A stretch of 64,000 nucleotides of DNA from a virus. Below the pieces are notes generated by a model. It was given only the letters and a program-made list of their open reading frames with translations. It was not told the DNA's origin and ran no database searches. The stretch is taken from positions 96,001 to 160,000 of the IMG/VR virus record IMGVR_UViG_3300044825_001821. The stretch is one strand, 5' to 3'. Position numbers and translations under genes: made by a program. This document shows positions 59,504 to 64,000 of this stretch, piece after piece (position 1 is the stretch's first letter; every line of letters begins with the position of its first letter).

Positions 59504-59685
59504 GTAAAGTGATTAGTGAATATTATTCTGAAGATGGTTTGAAACATGCCATGATATTTTCACGTACCTATGGTGGATACAGACTTGTCATGATTGATTC
59601 ATATTTCGAAACTGAAAATGAATTGATGTTCAATCATCAAGAGACCGCAGAACAACATGCTGAAGATTGGGTGCTTAATAAATGA
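59500..59685 (+). CDS. Hypothetical protein
   Basis: Coupled ATGA start; AEQHAEDWVL C-terminus. Confidence 0.6.
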   Translation: MSKVISEYYSEDGLKHAMIFSRTYGGYRLVMIDSYFETENELMFNHQETAEQHAEDWVLNK

Positions 59686-60068
59686 GCAATCCATTTGACT
59701 ATGCTACCGCCATTCTACAGTCTAAAAAACAACTTATTGTAGATGAAATAACAGAGAAGGACTATAATCCTTTTCTAATCAACCGAGCCTTGTCTCAGCA
59801 CAAGGATTGTCTGGCCTTTGCAAATGAGATGAATAGTAGACACTATCTTGAAAAGAAACTACAATTCGACTTTTTGCTAAATACCATCAGGTCTATGAAA
59901 AGACCTGTTGCGAAGTGGGCAAAGGCTGAAAAAAACGATGATTTGGAATGTGTAAAATTGGTCTATGGCCTTTCCGACTCCAAAGCACGTGATGCTTTGC
60001 GCCTACTTAGCAAAGAACAAATCCAAAAACTAAAACAAGAAACCTATACAGGTGGGTTAGGAAAATGA
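59682..60068 (+). CDS. gp62: Clamp loader small subunit gp62
   Basis: YNPFLINRALS...ANEMN...QFDFLLN; synteny gp44-gp62-regA. Confidence 0.92.
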   Translation: MSNPFDYATAILQSKKQLIVDEITEKDYNPFLINRALSQHKDCLAFANEMNSRHYLEKKLQFDFLLNTIRSMKRPVAKWAKAEKNDDLECVKLVYGLSDSKARDALRLLSKEQIQKLKQETYTGGLGK

Positions 60069-60069
60069 C

Positions 60070-60474
60070 ATGGTTGATTTATCTAAATTTGTCGAAGTCA
60101 CTTTGCCCAAGCAAGATGACTTCCTTAAAGTGCGTGAGACACTAACACGTATCGGTGTCTCATCACGCAAAGAAAAGGTACTCTATCAATCTTGCCATAT
60201 ATTGCATAAGCAAGGCAAGTATTATATTGTACATTTTAAAGAACTGTTTGCATTAGACGGTAAGTTGTCAACAATTACCGAGAATGATATACAAAGACGT
60301 AACGCTATTGCCAATTTACTTGAAGAGTGGGGCTTGCTAAAAATTGTAAACTATGATATAGTAGAACATAACATGGCTCCGATTCATCAGATCAAGATCA
60401 TTGCTTTTAAAGAGAAGGATGATTGGGAATTGATTGCTAAATATAACATAGGTAAAAAAGGTAAAGTAGATTAA
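60070..60474 (+). CDS. regA: Translational repressor RegA
   Basis: DDFLKVRETLTRIGV, LYQSCHILHKQGKYYIVHFKELF. Confidence 0.96.
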   Translation: MVDLSKFVEVTLPKQDDFLKVRETLTRIGVSSRKEKVLYQSCHILHKQGKYYIVHFKELFALDGKLSTITENDIQRRNAIANLLEEWGLLKIVNYDIVEHNMAPIHQIKIIAFKEKDDWELIAKYNIGKKGKVD

Positions 60475-60486
60475 TGGTGATATATC

Positions 60487-60669
60487 ATGCACAAAGTGAA
60501 AAAGAATCCTGTGAAACTGATCAACAAGTATACCAAAGAAGAGGTGTATACTAGAGATTACGATGATGTCATCAAAGAAGGCTCCAACGAGTTTATTAAG
60601 GTGTTCAATCAAAGTAATCCACAAAGAACTTATCTTGTCAATCGAACAGCATTTTCGGTTGCCAAGTAA
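60487..60669 (+). CDS. Hypothetical protein
   Basis: 60 aa ORF with RBS (ggtga). Confidence 0.55.
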   Translation: MHKVKKNPVKLINKYTKEEVYTRDYDDVIKEGSNEFIKVFNQSNPQRTYLVNRTAFSVAK

Positions 60670-60727
60670 GTCGTGATGCCTAATGGATCACGTTACTTTT
60701 AACTTGCTTAAAAAGGAGAAAACTATG
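60664..60727 (+). ncRNA. ROSE-like RNA thermometer in the hsp20 leader
   Basis: 5' hairpin aagtaa-cgtgat(g)cc/ggatcacg-ttactt, then cUUGCUu pairing with the SD aaggag. Confidence 0.65.
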
Positions 60728-61204
60728 ACAGTAGGACGTATTGCTTTTGGACCATTGTTTCATCAAACACTTGGTTTTGAGAAATTCATTCATGATGTTG
60801 AAAGCATTCTAAATGATACACGCCCAGTAAACAATTTTCCTCCACATAACATTGTCAAACTAGATGATAACAAATATGTGGTCGAACTTGCTGTTGCTGG
60901 CTTTGGTAAAGATGATATTGATATTCAGGTACAAGAAAATACTTTGACTATCAAAGGTGAAAAGGTAGAAGGTACACCAAATCTTGAATATCTACATCGT
61001 GGTATTGGCACACGTTCCTTCACCAAAACAATCACTATCGCCGACACCATTGAAGTAAAGGGTGCGGAATACAAAGATGGTATTCTACGTGTTGGGTTAG
61101 AGAATATCGTACCTGAACACAAGAAACCACGCAAGATTGAAATTGGTAATGAACTAAAAACATTCCAGCCACAACTTCTACAAGAAGAAAAAAAGGCTGC
61201 GTAA
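60725..61204 (+). CDS. hsp20: Small heat shock protein Hsp20 (IbpA-like)
   Basis: FPPHNI, ELAVAGF, YLHRGIGTRSF, AEYKDGIL, PEHKKPRKIEI. Confidence 0.93.
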   Translation: MTVGRIAFGPLFHQTLGFEKFIHDVESILNDTRPVNNFPPHNIVKLDDNKYVVELAVAGFGKDDIDIQVQENTLTIKGEKVEGTPNLEYLHRGIGTRSFTKTITIADTIEVKGAEYKDGILRVGLENIVPEHKKPRKIEIGNELKTFQPQLLQEEKKAA

Positions 61205-61207
61205 TAG

Positions 61208-61230
61208 AGTGGGGCGCAAGCCCCACTTGT
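61208..61230 (+). terminator. GNRA-capped hairpin after hsp20 (weak terminator or stabiliser)
   Basis: agtggggc-GCAA-gccccact with only a short U tract. Confidence 0.6.
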
Positions 61231-61243
61231 TGAAAGGTATATA

Positions 61244-61819
61244 ATGGATAAAGATTTACGATCATATCTCAAAGTCTATTCTGATTGGCTAACACCAGAA
61301 GTGTGCCAAGAGACTGTCGATGAACTTGAAAAAGTTGAAGGACAGTTTCAAACACATACATTTTACGATCATCAATCAGATACTTCCCACTCAACAGAAA
61401 ATGAACTTTCTGTAACATGGTCTGAGGTGAAGCACAAAAATTATATTATGCAACGAATATGGGATGCCCTAAAAAGGTATCATGAAGAACTTACACAGTC
61501 AGGATGTACATGGTATCAAGCTTGGAAGGGATACACAGAAGTCCGTTTCAATCGATATCGTGAGAACACGAATATGAAATTACATTGTGATCATATTCAT
61601 TCCATGTTTGATGGTCATCGTAAAGGTATACCAACACTATCTGTTTTAGGTAGCTTAAACAATGAATACAGAGGTGGAGAACTTGTATTTTGGGAAGATA
61701 GTATTGTACCGCTCAAAGCAGGTGAAATTATGATATTTCCTTCTAATTTTTTGTACCCACATAAAGTAGATATGGTGACAAAAGGCACCCGATACTCTTA
61801 CGTTTCTTGGACATGGTGA
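61244..61819 (+). CDS. 2OG-Fe(II) oxygenase (prolyl-4-hydroxylase-like)
   Basis: HCD...LS.LGSLN..Y.GGEL...FPSNFLYPHKV...GTRYSYVSW. Confidence 0.88.
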   Translation: MDKDLRSYLKVYSDWLTPEVCQETVDELEKVEGQFQTHTFYDHQSDTSHSTENELSVTWSEVKHKNYIMQRIWDALKRYHEELTQSGCTWYQAWKGYTEVRFNRYRENTNMKLHCDHIHSMFDGHRKGIPTLSVLGSLNNEYRGGELVFWEDSIVPLKAGEIMIFPSNFLYPHKVDMVTKGTRYSYVSWTW

Positions 61820-61983
61820 TGAAATCGAACTCAAATTTTAAAATGAAAAAGGACTTGAAAATTATATTATCAAGTCTCAAGGGTGAAAGTAAATTCGATT
61901 ACAAGCGTGAAATGATTAAAGCAATCATTGCTCCACGCATTGACTTCAAAAAGAAATCCAAAGAAGAAAAATCCGAGGATTGA
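61819..61983 (+). CDS. Small basic hypothetical protein (54 aa), not in ORF track
   Basis: Coupled TGATG start: MKSNSNFKMKKDLK...KSED*. Confidence 0.5.
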   Translation: MKSNSNFKMKKDLKIILSSLKGESKFDYKREMIKAIIAPRIDFKKKSKEEKSED

Positions 61984-62026
61984 TTTTTTCATTTTGCGCT
62001 CATGCACGAGTGAGTGCTTACTTCAA

Positions 62027-62524
62027 ATGAAACAAAAATACGTAAAAGCCCATATGAAAGCAGCAAGTGTATATGCTGAACTTTCTACCGCAAAGAGATT
62101 ACAAGTGGGATGTGTAATCGTCAAAGACAATACCATCATCGGCATTGGTTATAATGGTATGCCATCTGGTTGGAATAACATGTGTGAAGAAGTAGAGTAT
62201 GTTCTGAAAGAAGAATGTTATAAAACTGATGAGTGGATGAAAATTAATGGTTTCACAGAAACAGCACATGGATGGACAAGATTGCGTTCCAAACCAGAAG
62301 TGCTACATGCCGAATCCAATGCTATTGCCAAAGTTTCTCGGTCAACAAATTCAAGTGATGGGGCATCGATGTTTATTACCCACGCACCATGCTTAGAATG
62401 TGCTAAAATGATATATCAGTCAGGAATCAAGGAGGTTTATTATAGGCATGATTATAGAAGCAATGCAGGAATCAACTTTTTGAAACAATGTGAAGTTAAT
62501 GTACAACAGGTGAAGGAGATATAA
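62027..62524 (+). CDS. cd: dCMP deaminase
   Basis: VGCVIV...GYNG.PSG, HAESNAI, PCLECAK. Start reassigned to ATG 62027. Confidence 0.92.
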   Translation: MKQKYVKAHMKAASVYAELSTAKRLQVGCVIVKDNTIIGIGYNGMPSGWNNMCEEVEYVLKEECYKTDEWMKINGFTETAHGWTRLRSKPEVLHAESNAIAKVSRSTNSSDGASMFITHAPCLECAKMIYQSGIKEVYYRHDYRSNAGINFLKQCEVNVQQVKEI

Positions 62525-62525
62525 T

Positions 62526-62756
62526 ATGAGCACAACTGTAAAAGTAGCCAAGCAACTTGCCGAGGCAAATCCTAAACTCCCTAAAGCATACAAGTATGAT
62601 CTTGTATTGCGTGATTTTGACAATATGGTCGAACTGATTGGTCTTGTTGATGATCCAACATATGACATTGCCGACTTTCGTGGTCGTGAAATGTTGTTTC
62701 CCAAAAAATGGGTCACACTTGACGTTTATGAACCAACAACAAAGGTAACAGTATGA
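62526..62756 (+). CDS. Hypothetical protein
   Basis: RBS aaggag; 76 aa. Confidence 0.65.
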   Translation: MSTTVKVAKQLAEANPKLPKAYKYDLVLRDFDNMVELIGLVDDPTYDIADFRGREMLFPKKWVTLDVYEPTTKVTV

Positions 62757-63058
62757 ACATAAAATGTATCACGTTTAAAACACATCAAACTATTATTGCC
62801 GAACTATCACTCGAAGGTGATGTTGTTGTGTTAGTTAAAAATCCAGTGCAAGTAATTTCCGTACCACCACGTTCAGCAAATGATCCAGGTGGTGTTGGCT
62901 TTGCACCATATCTTGCTTTTGTCGAAGAGTTTGATAAAGGAATTACACTCAAGCATGAAGATATTTTAACAATCAATACACCTGTTTCTGATCTTTTAGC
63001 ACAATATCGTAAAATGTTTAGTCGTATCGAAATTGCACCAGCAGGATTAAAACTTTAA
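62753..63058 (+). CDS. Conserved hypothetical (Sm-like fold predicted) before gp43
   Basis: IKCITFKT.QTIIAE...KNP...FAPY...YRKMFSRI. Confidence 0.65.
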   Translation: MNIKCITFKTHQTIIAELSLEGDVVVLVKNPVQVISVPPRSANDPGGVGFAPYLAFVEEFDKGITLKHEDILTINTPVSDLLAQYRKMFSRIEIAPAGLKL

Positions 63059-64000
63059 TGTCAAAATATTATACAAACGTATGTGTTCATAGTAATCATA
63101 TATTGTTTCGTGGCGTAACAAACGGTCGGAGAGTAAAGAGCAAAGTCAAATACTCTCCGACTTTGTTTTTACAATCTAACAAACCATCTTTGGGTTCTGA
63201 TCAGTTTCATTCACTATTCAATGATCCTCTAGAACCTATGAAATTTGAAACAATTCGGGAGGCACGTGATTTTGTCAAACGTTATGAAGATGTTGCAAAC
63301 TTTAAAATCTACGGCAATACACGCTATGAATACGCATTCATTGCTGACAATTTTAGAGGGATTGTTGATTGGGATATTTCTCATCTCTCTGTCGTTTTCA
63401 TAGACATTGAGGTTGGTTCGGAGAATGGTTTTCCTGATCCTTACAAAGCTACAGAACCCATCACTGCAATTGCCATTCATCAGTTAAATGGTGGTACTAC
63501 AGTGTATGGTTGTGGTTCATATCGTAATAATGATGAAAGTGTAGATTATGTTACTTGTAAAGATGAAGTCGATTTGTGTGAACGCTTCCTTGCTGATTGG
63601 TCAAGCAATCATCCTGACGTTGTTACTGGTTGGAATATCAAGTTCTTTGATATTCCTTATCTTATCAACCGTTTTACCCGTATACTTGGAGAGGATGACG
63701 TAAAGAAACTTTCACCTTGGTCTGTTATTTCACAACGCAATACAGTATTCAAAGGTAAAGAACAAACAGTTTATGATATGGTTGGCGTATCTGCGCTTGA
63801 CTATCTTGAACTGTATCAGTGGTATGCGCCTGGTGGTAGAAACATTGAAAACTATCGTCTTGATACAGTTGCCAGCGTAGAACTTGGTGAGAGTAAATTA
63901 TCATATGATGAATATGATAGCCTCCATCAACTTTATAAACTTGACTATCAAAAATTTATCGACTATAACATCAAAGATGTTAGATTGGTGTTGAAACTAG
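63058..64000 (+). CDS. gp43: DNA polymerase gp43 (family B), N-terminal/exonuclease part, truncated by window end
   Basis: Open frame from ATG 63058: YYTNV, DIEVGSENGFPDP (ExoI), TGWNIKFFDIPY (ExoII), IDYNIKDV (ExoIII). Confidence 0.95.
   Translation, partial: MSKYYTNVCVHSNHILFRGVTNGRRVKSKVKYSPTLFLQSNKPSLGSDQFHSLFNDPLEPMKFETIREARDFVKRYEDVANFKIYGNTRYEYAFIADNFRGIVDWDISHLSVVFIDIEVGSENGFPDPYKATEPITAIAIHQLNGGTTVYGCGSYRNNDESVDYVTCKDEVDLCERFLADWSSNHPDVVTGWNIKFFDIPYLINRFTRILGEDDVKKLSPWSVISQRNTVFKGKEQTVYDMVGVSALDYLELYQWYAPGGRNIENYRLDTVASVELGESKLSYDEYDSLHQLYKLDYQKFIDYNIKDVRLVLKL

Noticed and set aside
61981-62013. TGA followed by a hairpin as a selenocysteine/readthrough signal
   Set aside because: Readthrough meets another in-frame TGA after nine codons, and there is no selenoprotein context.
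1-64000. tRNA, rRNA, introns/inteins, integrase, alternative genetic code
   Set aside because: None recognised by eye. Core genes (gp17, gp20, gp23, uvsW, gp46, gp44) are uninterrupted, of normal length and translate in the standard code.

Overview
A 64 kb slice of a large, AT-rich T4-like myovirus genome. The gene content (cobS-like AAA, hsp20, peptide deformylase, several 2OG-Fe(II) oxygenases) resembles aquatic T4-like phages, but the host cannot be determined. Essentially all real genes lie on the + strand. 1-20.5 kb: tail/baseplate/fibre region, including Gly-rich adhesin-like proteins and Ala/Asn-repeat fibres. 20.5-35.4 kb: the canonical neck-terminase-tail-head block (gp13-gp23, gp3), with a Dps/mini-ferritin gene between the terminase subunits. 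35.4-64 kb: recombination, transcription and replication genes (uvsY, uvsW, gp55, gp47, gp46, gp45, gp44, gp62, regA, dCMP deaminase, 5' part of gp43), interleaved with accessory clusters. Most notable: (i) a translationally coupled GNAT-like/hydroxylase + PLP enzyme + SPPY methyltransferase trio that looks like an uncharacterised DNA-hypermodification pathway; (ii) an apparent plug-and-socket fibre assembly system, with three paralogous ~115 aa adaptors following conserved C-terminal peptides that are re-used by distant genes; (iii) a branched-sugar biosynthesis/glycosylation cluster; (iv) a stand-alone DUF262-HNH (GmrSD-like) nuclease cassette; (v) several cis-RNA elements, namely a ROSE-like thermometer before hsp20, an H-type pseudoknot before an HTH gene, and sigma70 promoters embedded in hairpins. 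All family assignments come from motif recognition by eye; no searches were run.
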